From: Candidatus Poriferihabitaceae bacterium
Lineage (GTDB): Bacteria; Pseudomonadota; Gammaproteobacteria; Arenicellales; Poriferihabitantaceae
Length of the DNA stretch: 64,000 nucleotides
Reading direction: 5' to 3'
NCBI GenBank assembly: GCA_965262585.1
Contig: OZ253546.1
Coordinates: 1,277,202-1,341,201 of the forward strand
A model generated the notes under the pieces. The model did no database searches, was not told the origin of the DNA, and was given only the letters and a program-made list of their open reading frames with translations. The translations under genes and the position numbers were made by a program. Of this stretch, positions 1 to 9,494 are shown piece after piece (positions within the stretch are counted from its first letter, which is position 1; the number at the start of each line of letters is the position of its first letter).

Positions 1-144
1 ACCAACGCCCTGGATGTCAACCGCTCGGTGCAGGGCGCCACGGCAGCCGCACTGCGCGCCATTCAGGTGGTGAACCGGGTGGCGGCAGCCCAGTTGCCCG
101 CGGCACAACCAACGGCACAACCAGCCCCTGCGGCGGATCATTGA
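1..144 (+). CDS. qmoA: 3' end of QmoA (HdrA-like flavoprotein), partial
   Basis: Frame 1 reads TNALDVNRSVQGATAAALRAIQVVNRVA...*, resembling the HdrA/QmoA C-terminus; its TGA overlaps the ATG of qmoB. Confidence 0.8.
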   Translation, partial: TNALDVNRSVQGATAAALRAIQVVNRVAAAQLPAAQPTAQPAPAADH

Positions 145-2426
145 TGGAAGACGAAATCAAAATCGGTGCATACCTCTGCAAAGGCTGCGGCCTGGGCGAG
201 CGGCTGGATGGTGGGCGGTTGGCGGCGGTTGCTGAATCTGAAGGTGGGGCGGCGGTGGTTCGGGAGCACGAGTATCTTTGCAGCAACGCCGGTGTGTCGC
301 TGATTCGCAATGACATCGAAAGCGAAGGCGTGAATCGGGTAATGATTGGCGCTTGTTCGCGCCGCGCCAAAACCGAAGCGTTTAATTTTGTTGAAGATGG
401 TGGCGTGGCGGTGGCGCGTGCCAACTTGCGCGAAGGCGTAATCTGGAGCCAACCGGACACCGACGAAGCCCGCGAGACCACTCAGGAATTGGCGGAAGAT
501 TATGTGCGTATGGGCTGCGCCGAAGTGAAGTTTATGCAGCCGCCTAAGGCCGCCACCGATCTAGGCGGCAACAAGCGCATTCTGGTAGTGGGCGGTGGCG
601 TCAGCGGCCTGACCGCCGCGCTCGAGACGGCCCGGGCCGGCTACGAGGTGTTGCTGGTGGAGAAGAACTCGCAACTCGGCGGTTGGGCCAACGCGCTGCA
701 TCGCCGCCTACCGTACAGGGAACCCCATACCGACCCCCGCGAAAACGATACCGGCGACCTTATCGCGCAAGTTGAAGCCGAAGCCGGGGTCACGATATTT
801 TTGGATGCGGTGGTAACCCGAACCAGCGGCGCCCCGGGACGCTTTTCGGTGGACATCTCCGGTGCCAACGCCGACACTTCCGTCACCGAAAACATTGGCG
901 CCATCGTACAAGCCAGCGGCTTTAGTCGTTACGACGCCAACCGCCTGCCGGAGTTTGCATACGGCAAAACCCCGGATGTGGTGGATCAACTGGAACTGGA
1001 AGCACTGGCGGCCACCGCCGATGAAACCGGCGCGCCCATCAAGCGTCCGTCAGACGGCAAGGAAGTGCAAAGCGTGGTGTTCGTGCAGTGCGCCGGTCAG
1101 CGTTCGGAAAAAGCCGGGCATCTGCCGTATTGTTCGGGCTATTGCTGCAATGTCAGCATCAAGCAGGCGATGTATTTCAAGGACTGCAACCCCAACGCGG
1201 ACGCCAATATCATCTACACCGACCTGCGAGTGCCGGGTAGCGGCGAGGATTTTTATCGCTCGGCCCAGCAAAAAGGCGTGATGTTCACCAACGGCGTGGT
1301 GCAGCGGGTGGCGGCGGAAGGCGGTGCGTTGGCGGTGCATTTTCACGACCAAATCCTTGCCGAGGACGCCGTGGCCGATGCCGATCTGGTGGTGCTGGCT
1401 ACCGGGCAAGTGCCTAATTCGGGCGTCGACATCTCGGCTGGTGATGACACCGATAAAGATGTCGATAAAGACGCCGGGGATGATGCCAAAGACCAAAAAT
1501 CCGGCGAAGTGCGGGTTTCGGTGGAATCCATCCTCAACCTCGACTACCGCCAGGGGCCGGACATGCCCCACCTCAAACACGGCTTCAGCGACTCGCACTT
1601 TATCTGCTTTCCCTACGAGACCCGCCGCACCGGAATTTACGCTTGCGGGCCGGTGCGCCGTCCGATGGACATTCAGCAGTCCGTCGAAGATGCCACCGGC
1701 GCGGCGATGAAGGCCATTCAAGCGGTGGAAAACGCGAGCCTCGGGCACGCCGCGCATCCGCGTTCGGGCGATTTATCTTATCCAAGTTTTCGCCGAGACG
1801 GCTGCACCCAGTGCAAACGTTGCACCGTGGAATGCCCGTTTGGCGCCATTGACGAAGATGAAAACGGCTATCCGCAATTCAACGAGTCGCGCTGCCGCAG
1901 ATGCGGAACTTGCCTCGGTGCCTGCCCGGTGCGCGTGATTTCCTTTGAGAATTATTCAGTGGACACCGTCGGCCAGCAGATCAAGGCCATCGACATGCCC
2001 GACGAATTCGATGAGAAACCGCGCATCCTGATTCTGGCCTGCGAAAACGACGCCTATCCGGCCCTCGACATGGCCGCCCACAACCGCATCGAATACAATG
2101 CCTTCGTGCGCATCATTCCCATTCGCTGTCTGGGTTCGGTCAATCTCATCTGGGTCACCGACGCGCTGAGCGCCGGTTTCGACGGCATCATGCTAATGGG
2201 TTGCAAGAAGGGCGAGGACTATCAATGCCACTTCGTCAGCGGCGCGGCACTGGCCCACGAGCGCATGAGCAAAATTGACGACACGCTGGAACAACTACAA
2301 CTCGAACCCGATCGCGTGCGCACTTGCGAAGTGGAAATCACCGACCTCCATCGCGTGCCGCAACTCATCAACGACTATGCCGCCAAAATAGACGAGATCG
2401 GCATGAACCCGTTCAAGGGTTTTTGA
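144..2426 (+). CDS. qmoB: QmoB (HdrA-MvhD fusion; FAD, 4Fe-4S, C-terminal MvhD domain)
   Basis: GGGVSG FAD motif, VQCAGQRS..YCS..CC, two CxxCxxCxxxCP ferredoxin motifs, C-terminal CENDAYPALD/RCLGS/CHF MvhD-like domain, ends NPFKGF. Confidence 0.9.
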   Translation: MEDEIKIGAYLCKGCGLGERLDGGRLAAVAESEGGAAVVREHEYLCSNAGVSLIRNDIESEGVNRVMIGACSRRAKTEAFNFVEDGGVAVARANLREGVIWSQPDTDEARETTQELAEDYVRMGCAEVKFMQPPKAATDLGGNKRILVVGGGVSGLTAALETARAGYEVLLVEKNSQLGGWANALHRRLPYREPHTDPRENDTGDLIAQVEAEAGVTIFLDAVVTRTSGAPGRFSVDISGANADTSVTENIGAIVQASGFSRYDANRLPEFAYGKTPDVVDQLELEALAATADETGAPIKRPSDGKEVQSVVFVQCAGQRSEKAGHLPYCSGYCCNVSIKQAMYFKDCNPNADANIIYTDLRVPGSGEDFYRSAQQKGVMFTNGVVQRVAAEGGALAVHFHDQILAEDAVADADLVVLATGQVPNSGVDISAGDDTDKDVDKDAGDDAKDQKSGEVRVSVESILNLDYRQGPDMPHLKHGFSDSHFICFPYETRRTGIYACGPVRRPMDIQQSVEDATGAAMKAIQAVENASLGHAAHPRSGDLSYPSFRRDGCTQCKRCTVECPFGAIDEDENGYPQFNESRCRRCGTCLGACPVRVISFENYSVDTVGQQIKAIDMPDEFDEKPRILILACENDAYPALDMAAHNRIEYNAFVRIIPIRCLGSVNLIWVTDALSAGFDGIMLMGCKKGEDYQCHFVSGAALAHERMSKIDDTLEQLQLEPDRVRTCEVEITDLHRVPQLINDYAAKIDEIGMNPFKGF

Positions 2427-2427
2427 G

Positions 2428-3702
2428 ATGAATCCGCAAGTTCACAACCGCACATTATTCACCGGCGATAACTTGCCGATTTTGCGCGGGCTTGACGGCG
2501 ACAGCGTCGAGTTGATTTATCTCGACCCGCCGTTCAATTCCAACAAACATTATTCCGCACCGGTGGGCAGCGTCGCAGCCGGTGCATCGTTCAAAGATGC
2601 GTGGACGCTTTCGGATGAAGATGAAGCGTGGCACGCCGCCTTGAAATCGCATCATCCAAAACTGTATGCGATCATCCACGCCGCCGGTGCGGTGGGCGGC
2701 AAAGGCGACAAGTCGTATTTGATTTACATGGCGGTGCGCATTCTGGAATTACGCCGAATTCTGAAAAACATCGGCAGTTTGTATTTGCATGTTGACCCGA
2801 CTATGAGTCATAGTTTGAAGTTGGTGCTGGATGCGGTTTTCGGCAAGGCACGTTTTCGTAATGAAGTTATTTGGTGTTATCAAGGCAGAGAATTATCAAA
2901 AAAACAGTACAATAGAAAACACGATGTGATTTTGTTTTATTCCAAAAGCGAAAACGCGGTGTTTAACTGGGAAGAAATTGGACCCACATTGGCGGAAACT
3001 TCACGCAAAGCAATGTCTCGACATGTTGATGACGAAGGGCGGGCATTTGTATTGCGCTATAAAGATGGCGGCGGATTTGCTCCGATAAAAAATGACAAAA
3101 GCGATAAAACGTATCGTCAATATGTGCCGGATAAAATTCCTCCCAGGGATTGGTTTATTATGGATTATTCAAGAAAGAGTGAGCGGATGGGCTATCCCAC
3201 ACAAAAACCGCTGGCGTTGATGGATCGAATAATCCGAGCCTCCAGCAACGAAGGCGACACCGTGCTCGATCCATTTTGCGGTTGCGCCACCACTTGCGTC
3301 GCCGCCGAAGTATTGCACCGCAAGTGGGTTGGCATCGACATCAGCCCGAAAGCGTTGGAATTGGTGAAAATTCGGCTGGACAAAGAAGTATTGGGAGAAG
3401 GCAAAGTGTTTTCCGGCAAGGTAATTCACCGCACCGACCTACCCACCCGCACCGACCTTCCGCGCATCCGCCTGTCCCGGACGGCGATCAAAAAAATTCT
3501 GTATGGAAATCAGGCCGGTATATGCAACGGTTGTGCGATACACTTCCAGATTCAGAATTTTGAGATCGACCACATCGTGCCGAGCAGTGACGGCGGCGCC
3601 GAGGTAATGGAAAATTTTCAATTACTATGCGGTAATTGCAACCGCATCAAAGGCGTCCGCACGATGGAATACCTAAAGTCTCGACTGCTCGAACTGCACT
3701 AA
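2428..3702 (+). CDS. Beta-class amino (N6A/N4C) DNA methyltransferase fused to a C-terminal zinc-binding HNH endonuclease
   Basis: N-terminal LIYLDPPFNS (motif IV), YPTQKP and VLDPFCGCATT (motif I); C-terminal CNGC...IDHIVP...NFQLLCGNCNRIKG. Confidence 0.85.
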   Translation: MNPQVHNRTLFTGDNLPILRGLDGDSVELIYLDPPFNSNKHYSAPVGSVAAGASFKDAWTLSDEDEAWHAALKSHHPKLYAIIHAAGAVGGKGDKSYLIYMAVRILELRRILKNIGSLYLHVDPTMSHSLKLVLDAVFGKARFRNEVIWCYQGRELSKKQYNRKHDVILFYSKSENAVFNWEEIGPTLAETSRKAMSRHVDDEGRAFVLRYKDGGGFAPIKNDKSDKTYRQYVPDKIPPRDWFIMDYSRKSERMGYPTQKPLALMDRIIRASSNEGDTVLDPFCGCATTCVAAEVLHRKWVGIDISPKALELVKIRLDKEVLGEGKVFSGKVIHRTDLPTRTDLPRIRLSRTAIKKILYGNQAGICNGCAIHFQIQNFEIDHIVPSSDGGAEVMENFQLLCGNCNRIKGVRTMEYLKSRLLELH

Positions 3703-3707
3703 ATGAA

Positions 3708-4337
3708 ATGACAACCAATACCGCCGCCATCGAAAAATACCGCAACAACTTCCTGCACGAAGTGGAAGCCAACGTCGAGCAGGGCGAGTGGGTGAAAATG
3801 TGCATGCAATGCGGGGTGTGTTCCGGCTCTTGCCCGCTGGGCAATGCGTGGGCGCATCCGCCACAGGAATTGTTTATGATGATCCGCGCCGGCAAGCGCG
3901 AGGAAGTGCTCAGCAGTGAATCGATGTGGATGTGCACCTCGTGCTACAACTGCGTCACGCGCTGCCCGCGCGGGCTGCCGATTACGCACATCATGCACGG
4001 CCTCGCCAACTACGCCAACCGATTGGGCATCGCGCCGAAAATGAATCCCACCAAACGATTCGCCAAACTTTTCTGGGACAACATCGCCACCACCGGGCGC
4101 GTCAACGAAACCAAACTGTCACTCAAACTGTATTTTATGGACGGTTTTGTAACCGGCCTGAAGCGCGCCTTTGCGATGAAAAATGTCGGCCTCGGCATGC
4201 TCCGAACCGGGCGACTTAATCCCTTCGGCTTGTTCCGTGCCGGCGGCATCAAAGGCAAAAGCGATTTGCGAAAAATGCTTGCCAAAGCATATCAAATCGA
4301 AGATCAACGAAAAGGGCTGAACCAGCCCGGAGGGTAA
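3708..4337 (+). CDS. hdrC: Heterodisulfide reductase subunit C-like 4Fe-4S protein
   Basis: CMQCGVCSGSCP and CTSCYNCVTRCPRG; start taken at ATG 3708 (MTTNTAAIEKY). Confidence 0.85.
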   Translation: MTTNTAAIEKYRNNFLHEVEANVEQGEWVKMCMQCGVCSGSCPLGNAWAHPPQELFMMIRAGKREEVLSSESMWMCTSCYNCVTRCPRGLPITHIMHGLANYANRLGIAPKMNPTKRFAKLFWDNIATTGRVNETKLSLKLYFMDGFVTGLKRAFAMKNVGLGMLRTGRLNPFGLFRAGGIKGKSDLRKMLAKAYQIEDQRKGLNQPGG

Positions 4338-4341
4338 CGCA

Positions 4342-5256
4342 ATGGCAACCAAAGAATACTCCTTTTATCCGGGCTGCTCATCCGAGCGCAAATCATCGGC
4401 ATCCAATTACATGGTGTCGGTCAACAGCATGTGCAAGACTCTCGACATCAAACTCAACGAGATACCCGATTGGAATTGCTGCGGCGCATCCATCGGCTAC
4501 GCCGACGGCGGCGAACTGCCGCGCCATGTGATGAACGCGCGCAATATCGCCCTGTCGCAACAGCACAACAAAGGGCAAGACATAGTCGCCACCTGCGCGG
4601 CGTGCTGGCTGGGCGCCAAGGAATCGGTCGAGCGCCTGTCCAAATCCGAGCAACTGCTGGCGGACACCCAAAACATCCTCGCCGATGTCGGATTGAAAGT
4701 GGACATCGACGAAAAAACCGCCAGCGGCGTACGCCACATGGTCGAAGTGTTGATTGAAGATTTCGGTTACGACGCGCTCGCCGCGCCGGTAACCAAACCC
4801 CTCGAAGGAATCAAAATCGCCGGCTATGTCGGCTGCCAGACCAACCGCCCGTTCGGCATAGACGGCGAGTCGTTCGAGAATCCCAAATACCTCGATAAAA
4901 TGGTCGAAACCATGGGCGCCGAAGCGGCGGATAAATACGAACAAAAAGTCACCTGCTGCGGCGGCGCGCTGGCCTTCTCCGAGCCGGAAAAAAGCCAAGC
5001 ACAAATCAAAGACATCGTCGAATCCGCCTACGACCACAACGCCGACATGATCGTAACCCCCTGCCCGGTATGCCAGATGAACGTCGAGGTCTACCAAGAC
5101 AACATCAACAAAACCTACGGCACCAAATTCGATATGCCGGTGGTTTATTACAGCCAGTTAATGACCGTCGCCTACGGCGGCACCGCCAAACAAGCCGGCC
5201 TGGACGGACAGGTAATCCGCACCAAGAAGTTGGAAGAGATTGCGGCGAAGAAGTAG
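4342..5256 (+). CDS. hdrB: Heterodisulfide reductase subunit B-like CCG-domain protein
   Basis: YPGCS, WNCCGA, CAACW, YVGCQ, TCCGG and TPCPVCQ CCG motifs. Confidence 0.9.
   Translation: MATKEYSFYPGCSSERKSSASNYMVSVNSMCKTLDIKLNEIPDWNCCGASIGYADGGELPRHVMNARNIALSQQHNKGQDIVATCAACWLGAKESVERLSKSEQLLADTQNILADVGLKVDIDEKTASGVRHMVEVLIEDFGYDALAAPVTKPLEGIKIAGYVGCQTNRPFGIDGESFENPKYLDKMVETMGAEAADKYEQKVTCCGGALAFSEPEKSQAQIKDIVESAYDHNADMIVTPCPVCQMNVEVYQDNINKTYGTKFDMPVVYYSQLMTVAYGGTAKQAGLDGQVIRTKKLEEIAAKK
5195..5256 (+). repeat. Copy 1 of a 62-bp direct repeat (3' end of hdrB including the stop codon)
   Basis: 57/62 identical to 5561-5622 by manual alignment. Confidence 0.9.
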
Positions 5257-5341
5257 TGAGTATCTTGTGGGGTGAGAGCGCAGAAGTAGCCGCTTTTGTG
5301 TATAATTCCGTCAACAAATCGCCGAGTGGATTGAGAGGGAT

Positions 5342-5545
5342 ATGATGAGAACGAAGAATGAATATACGGCCGTCATAAAACGAGAGGGAGACTGGTATGT
5401 CGGCTGGATTGAAGAGGTGCCGGGAGTGAATTGTCAGGAAAAAGATGTGCGCACCCTTAAACAAACACTAAAAATTACCCTGAAGGAAGCCCTGGAATTT
5501 AATCGCCAAGATGCCGTGGCGGCGGCGGGTGAAGATTTCCATTAA
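5342..5545 (+). CDS. HicB-family antitoxin, short; no intact hicA partner
   Basis: YTAVIKREGDWYVGWIEEVPGVNCQ...LKEALEFNR is the HicB-like N-terminal fold; RBS GAGAGGG; TATAAT at 5301-5306. Confidence 0.75.
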   Translation: MMRTKNEYTAVIKREGDWYVGWIEEVPGVNCQEKDVRTLKQTLKITLKEALEFNRQDAVAAAGEDFH

Positions 5546-5560
5546 ACGTTCGGCAGTTCC

Positions 5561-5622
5561 CCGGCTTGGACGGGCAGGTAATTCGCACCAGGAAGTTGGA
5601 GGAGATTGCGGCGAAGAAGTAG
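5561..5622 (+). repeat. Copy 2 of the 62-bp direct repeat (duplicate hdrB 3' end)
   Basis: ccggcttggacgggcaggtaattcgcaccaggaagttggaggagattgcggcgaagaagtag versus the hdrB end; 5 transitions. Confidence 0.9.
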
Positions 5623-5724
5623 GTCGACGGCGTTTCGTTGCCCGGCAAGATTATTCCAACCCGCCATTCCCGGTGGCCAATACGAACATTACGCCGGCCA
5701 ACAACTACCTGGCCTTACGAAGCC

Positions 5725-5750
5725 GGACAGGCACAGGGGCCTATCCCTAC
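5725..5750 (-). repeat. GTAG-type REP palindrome
   Basis: Reverse strand reads GTAG-GGATAGGC-ccctgt-GCCTGTCC; related copies at 6751, 49103, 54894, 54949, 57211, 58621, 63958. Confidence 0.7.
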
Positions 5751-5844
5751 GAAGTTGACAGTTCATTGGCCGCCGGCAATCCCGATGTGCCCTCCATACT
5801 TCAATATCATCCACAGTGCATAGGTGGTGGGCGCATACACGGGC

Positions 5845-5874
5845 TTGACAAGGCATAATCCAATGGATTACATT
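5845..5874 (+). promoter_or_regulatory. Sigma70-like promoter with palindromic operator for the TA module
   Basis: TTGACA at 5845-5850, inverted repeat TAATCCAATGGATTA at 5856-5870, TACATT at 5869-5874. Confidence 0.55.
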
Positions 5875-6222
5875 GAACCTTTCCTAACCATCGTTGAATT
5901 GCCGGAATATGAGCGTAGAGCATCCAGATTACTCAGTGCCTCGGAAAAACAGGCGGTCATAAATCATCTGGCAGCCCACCCGCAATCGGGCGCGTTGATG
6001 CAAGGTACCGGAGGAATTAGAAAGTTGCGCTGGGCCGCCGCGGGCCGCGGGAAAAGTGCTGGCGTGCGAATCATTTATTACTTTCACAGCAAGTCAATGC
6101 CCTTGTTTTTACTAACGCTCTTCGGTAAAAATGAAAAAGCAAATTTATCCAAATCGGAACGCAATGAGTTGGCCGGGCTGACCGGTCTGTTGGTTAAAAA
6201 TTACGGTGAAAACCATGTCTGA
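5863..6222 (+). CDS. RelE/HigB2-family toxin (start uncertain)
   Basis: TIVELPEY...GTGGIRKLRWA...GKSAGVRIIYY...LLTLFGKNEKANLS. Confidence 0.85.
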   Translation: MDYIEPFLTIVELPEYERRASRLLSASEKQAVINHLAAHPQSGALMQGTGGIRKLRWAAAGRGKSAGVRIIYYFHSKSMPLFLLTLFGKNEKANLSKSERNELAGLTGLLVKNYGENHV

Positions 6223-6502
6223 ATCTTTCAACAGCATCAAGCAGGGTCTCGCGGAAGCGGTTCGGTATTCCAAAGGCAAGCGGTTGCAAGCAACCGTCCA
6301 TGAATTTGCGCCGCTTGATGTAAAAAACATTCGCGCCGGTCTTAAAATGAGCCAAACCGAATTTGCCGCGGCTTTCGGAATCAGCGTCAGCACATTGCGA
6401 CACTGGGAAAGAGGCGACCGCGTCCCGCAAGGGCCGGCCCGCGTTCTTCTGAATGTGGTAGCCAAAAAACCGAAAGCGGTATTGGACGTACTTACCCGGT
6501 GA
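6215..6502 (+). CDS. HigA-type XRE HTH antitoxin
   Basis: SIKQGLAEAV...VKNIRAGLKMSQTEFA..FGISVSTLRHWERG..P.GPARVLL; overlaps the toxin stop. Confidence 0.85.
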   Translation: MSESFNSIKQGLAEAVRYSKGKRLQATVHEFAPLDVKNIRAGLKMSQTEFAAAFGISVSTLRHWERGDRVPQGPARVLLNVVAKKPKAVLDVLTR

Positions 6503-6750
6503 CCACCCGCGTCTCCGTTCTTGTGCTATGAACGGGGCCAAACCGGTTATGATGAAACGGTTCAATCAACCGCAACCGCCCCGGACACACAAATGAAGCC
6601 CACCGAAACCACTCGCATTCTTACCGACCTGATTGCGCGGGGAAACGTCCTGTTTCCAGCGTCCCTGCGCGCGTCGTTTGGGGTGGTTTTGTGGGGGGGG
6701 AAGGGGGTGTGCAGTGCCGGTTTTTAGTGATGAGCGGCTTGCGCCGCTTC

Positions 6751-6776
6751 GGACAGGCATAGGGGCATGTCCCTAC
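6751..6776 (-). repeat. GTAG-type REP palindrome
   Basis: ggacaggcataggggcatgtccctac, same orientation as 5725-5750. Confidence 0.7.
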
Positions 6777-6833
6777 GAAGTCAGGTAGTTATTTACCGCC
6801 GCCAATCCCCGTTCGCCCGCTTTTGCGGGCGGC

Positions 6834-9404
6834 TTAGGAAAAAATGAATTTTCCGTCAGCCCAGGATATCGTTACGGTGCCGCCGGGTGGGAATCCGCCT
6901 TGTAGGATGCGTTGCGCGAGGGGGTTTTCAATTTCGTTTTGGATCGCGCGTTTTAGGGGGCGTGCGCCGAATACCGGGTCGAAACCGACTTCGGCTATTT
7001 TTTCCAGTGCTTCGGCGGAAATTTCCATGTTCATATCTCGCTGCGCAAGCCGCTCGCGCAGGTATTCCAGTTGGATTTTTGCGATCGCTTTGAGTTGCGC
7101 TTTGTCGAGCGGGCGGAACACCACCAGGTCGTCGATGCGGTTGATAAATTCCGGGCGGAAATGTTCGCCGACCACCTCCAACAGCATGCGTTTCATCGCT
7201 TCGTAACTATCCCGGCCGCTCATCTCTTGAATCATTTGCGAGCCGAGGTTGGAGGTCATGATGATCACGGTGTTGCGAAAATCCACGGTGCGCCCGTGGC
7301 CGTCGGTCAGGCGTCCGTCGTCGAGCACTTGCAGTAGCACGTTGAAAACATCGGCGTGGGCTTTTTCGACCTCGTCTAACAGGATGATCGAATACGGCCG
7401 GCGGCGCACCGCTTCGGTCAGGTAGCCGCCTTCCTCGTAGCCGACATAGCCGGGTGGTGCGCCGATCATGCGTGCGACCGAATGTTTTTCCATAAATTCC
7501 GACATATCGATTCGGATCATCGACTGCTCCGAGTCAAACAGAAATTCGGCCAGTGCTTTGCTCAGTTCAGTCTTGCCGACTCCGGTCGGGCCGAGGAACA
7601 GGAATGAACCATAGGGACGGTTTGGGTCCGACAATCCGGCGCGCGAACGGCGGATGGCGTTGGCGATCACGGTGACTGCCTCGACCTGCCCGACCACCCG
7701 CCGCTGCAGGTTGTCTTCCATCTGCAGCAGTTTTTCTTTTTCCCCTTCGAGCATTTTCGCCACCGGGATACCGGTCCAACCGGACACCACTTCGGCGATT
7801 TCATCTTCATTGACGCGGTTGCGCAACAAGGTCATTTCGCGGGGTTCGAGATCGCCGGCGGCCGCCAGTTGTTTTTCTAATTCGGGAATTCGGCCGTATT
7901 GCAATTCCGACATGCGCGTCAAATCGCCGGCGCGGTGCGCCGCTTCCAACTCGATGCGGGCGCGCTCGATTTCTTCTTTGATGTGCTGACTGCCTTGCAC
8001 CGCCGACTTCTCCGCGTTCCAGATTTCCTCAAGGTCGGCGTATTCGCGTTCCAGTTTTTCGATCTCGGTTTCGATGTCCGCCAGACGCTTGGCCGAGGCG
8101 GCGTCGCTTTCCTTGTTTAATGCCTCGCGCTCGATCTTCAACTGGATCAAGCGGCGGTCGAGGCGATCCATGGATTCCGGTTTGGAATCGATTTCCATGC
8201 GGATGCGGCTGGCCGCTTCATCCACCAGATCGATGGCCTTGTCGGGCAGGTTGCGGTCGGTGATGTAGCGATGCGACAAAGTCACGGCGGCGACGATGGC
8301 CGGGTCGGTGATGTCTACGCCATGATGCACTTCGTAGCGTTCCTTGAGGCCGCGCAGGATGGCGATGGCGTCTTCAACACTCGGCTCGTCCACCAATACT
8401 TTCTGGAAACGCCGTTCGAGTGCCGCGTCCTTTTCGATGTGCTTGCGGTATTCATCGAGCGTGGTTGCGCCGACGCAATGCAACTCGCCGCGTGCCAAGG
8501 CTGGCTTTAGCATGTTTCCGGCGTCCATCGCACCCTCGGCGGCGCCGGCGCCAACCATGGTGTGCAATTCGTCGATAAACAAAATGATCCGCCCTTCCTG
8601 TTTGTTCAGATCGTTGAGCACCGCTTTTAAGCGTTCCTCGAATTCGCCACGGTATTTGGCACCGGCTAACAACGCGCCGAGGTCGAGGGACAGCACCCGT
8701 TTGTTTTTGATGCCCTCGGGCACTTCGCCGTTGACGATACGCTGGGCGAGGCCTTCGATGATCGCGGTTTTGCCAACTCCGGGCTGGCCGATTAACACCG
8801 GGTTGTTTTTGGTGCGTCGCTGCAATACTTGAATGGCGCGGCGGATTTCATCGTCGCGCCCGATCACCGGGTCGAGTTTGCCCTGCTCGGCGCGCTCGGT
8901 GATGTCGACGGTGTATTTTTCCAACGCCTGACGCTGCTCTTCGGCGTTGGGCCCGTCCACGCTGTGCCCGCCGCGCACCGCTTCGATGGCTTTTTCGATG
9001 CCATTTTTGGAAGCACCGGCGGCGCGCAAAATCTCCCCCAACACACCTTTATCGTCGAGCGCGGCGAGCACGAATAACTCACCAGCGATGTATTGGTCGT
9101 TGCGCTCCTGCGCCAGTTTGTCGGCGACATTGAGCAATTTACCGAGGGCGTTGGAAAGATGAACTTCGCCGTCGTTTCCTTCGACCTGCGGCACACGCTC
9201 CAACGCTTCGCCGAGCGCCGAGCGCAAGCGATTTACATTAACATCACCTTTGGCAAGCAAAGATCGCGCGCTGCCGCCTTCCTGGTCGAGCATGGCCAGC
9301 ATCAGGTGCAACGGCTCGATGAACGGATGACCACGCCCGACCGCGAGGCTCTGGGCATCAGCCAGTGCCTGTTGAAATTTCGCCGTCAACTTATCCAAAC
9401 GCAT
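6834..9404 (-). CDS. clpB: ATP-dependent chaperone ClpB
   Basis: MRLDKLT start, two AAA+ modules ([16 protein letters not shown]), coiled-coil M domain, 856 aa. Confidence 0.97.
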   Translation of the reverse strand: MRLDKLTAKFQQALADAQSLAVGRGHPFIEPLHLMLAMLDQEGGSARSLLAKGDVNVNRLRSALGEALERVPQVEGNDGEVHLSNALGKLLNVADKLAQERNDQYIAGELFVLAALDDKGVLGEILRAAGASKNGIEKAIEAVRGGHSVDGPNAEEQRQALEKYTVDITERAEQGKLDPVIGRDDEIRRAIQVLQRRTKNNPVLIGQPGVGKTAIIEGLAQRIVNGEVPEGIKNKRVLSLDLGALLAGAKYRGEFEERLKAVLNDLNKQEGRIILFIDELHTMVGAGAAEGAMDAGNMLKPALARGELHCVGATTLDEYRKHIEKDAALERRFQKVLVDEPSVEDAIAILRGLKERYEVHHGVDITDPAIVAAVTLSHRYITDRNLPDKAIDLVDEAASRIRMEIDSKPESMDRLDRRLIQLKIEREALNKESDAASAKRLADIETEIEKLEREYADLEEIWNAEKSAVQGSQHIKEEIERARIELEAAHRAGDLTRMSELQYGRIPELEKQLAAAGDLEPREMTLLRNRVNEDEIAEVVSGWTGIPVAKMLEGEKEKLLQMEDNLQRRVVGQVEAVTVIANAIRRSRAGLSDPNRPYGSFLFLGPTGVGKTELSKALAEFLFDSEQSMIRIDMSEFMEKHSVARMIGAPPGYVGYEEGGYLTEAVRRRPYSIILLDEVEKAHADVFNVLLQVLDDGRLTDGHGRTVDFRNTVIIMTSNLGSQMIQEMSGRDSYEAMKRMLLEVVGEHFRPEFINRIDDLVVFRPLDKAQLKAIAKIQLEYLRERLAQRDMNMEISAEALEKIAEVGFDPVFGARPLKRAIQNEIENPLAQRILQGGFPPGGTVTISWADGKFIFS

Positions 9405-9494
9405 GAATATTTCCGTAAAAAAATAAGGTCGTGTGTAATAAATGGGGTTGCGCCGCTTCTATTCAACCGCTGATGTTTTGCGGGACGGGCAACC

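Noticed and set aside
5511-5858. 115-aa ORF and nearby short ORFs (5638-5823, 6521-6727)
   Set aside because: They run through the hdrB duplicate, a REP and skewed low-complexity DNA; no recognisable protein features.
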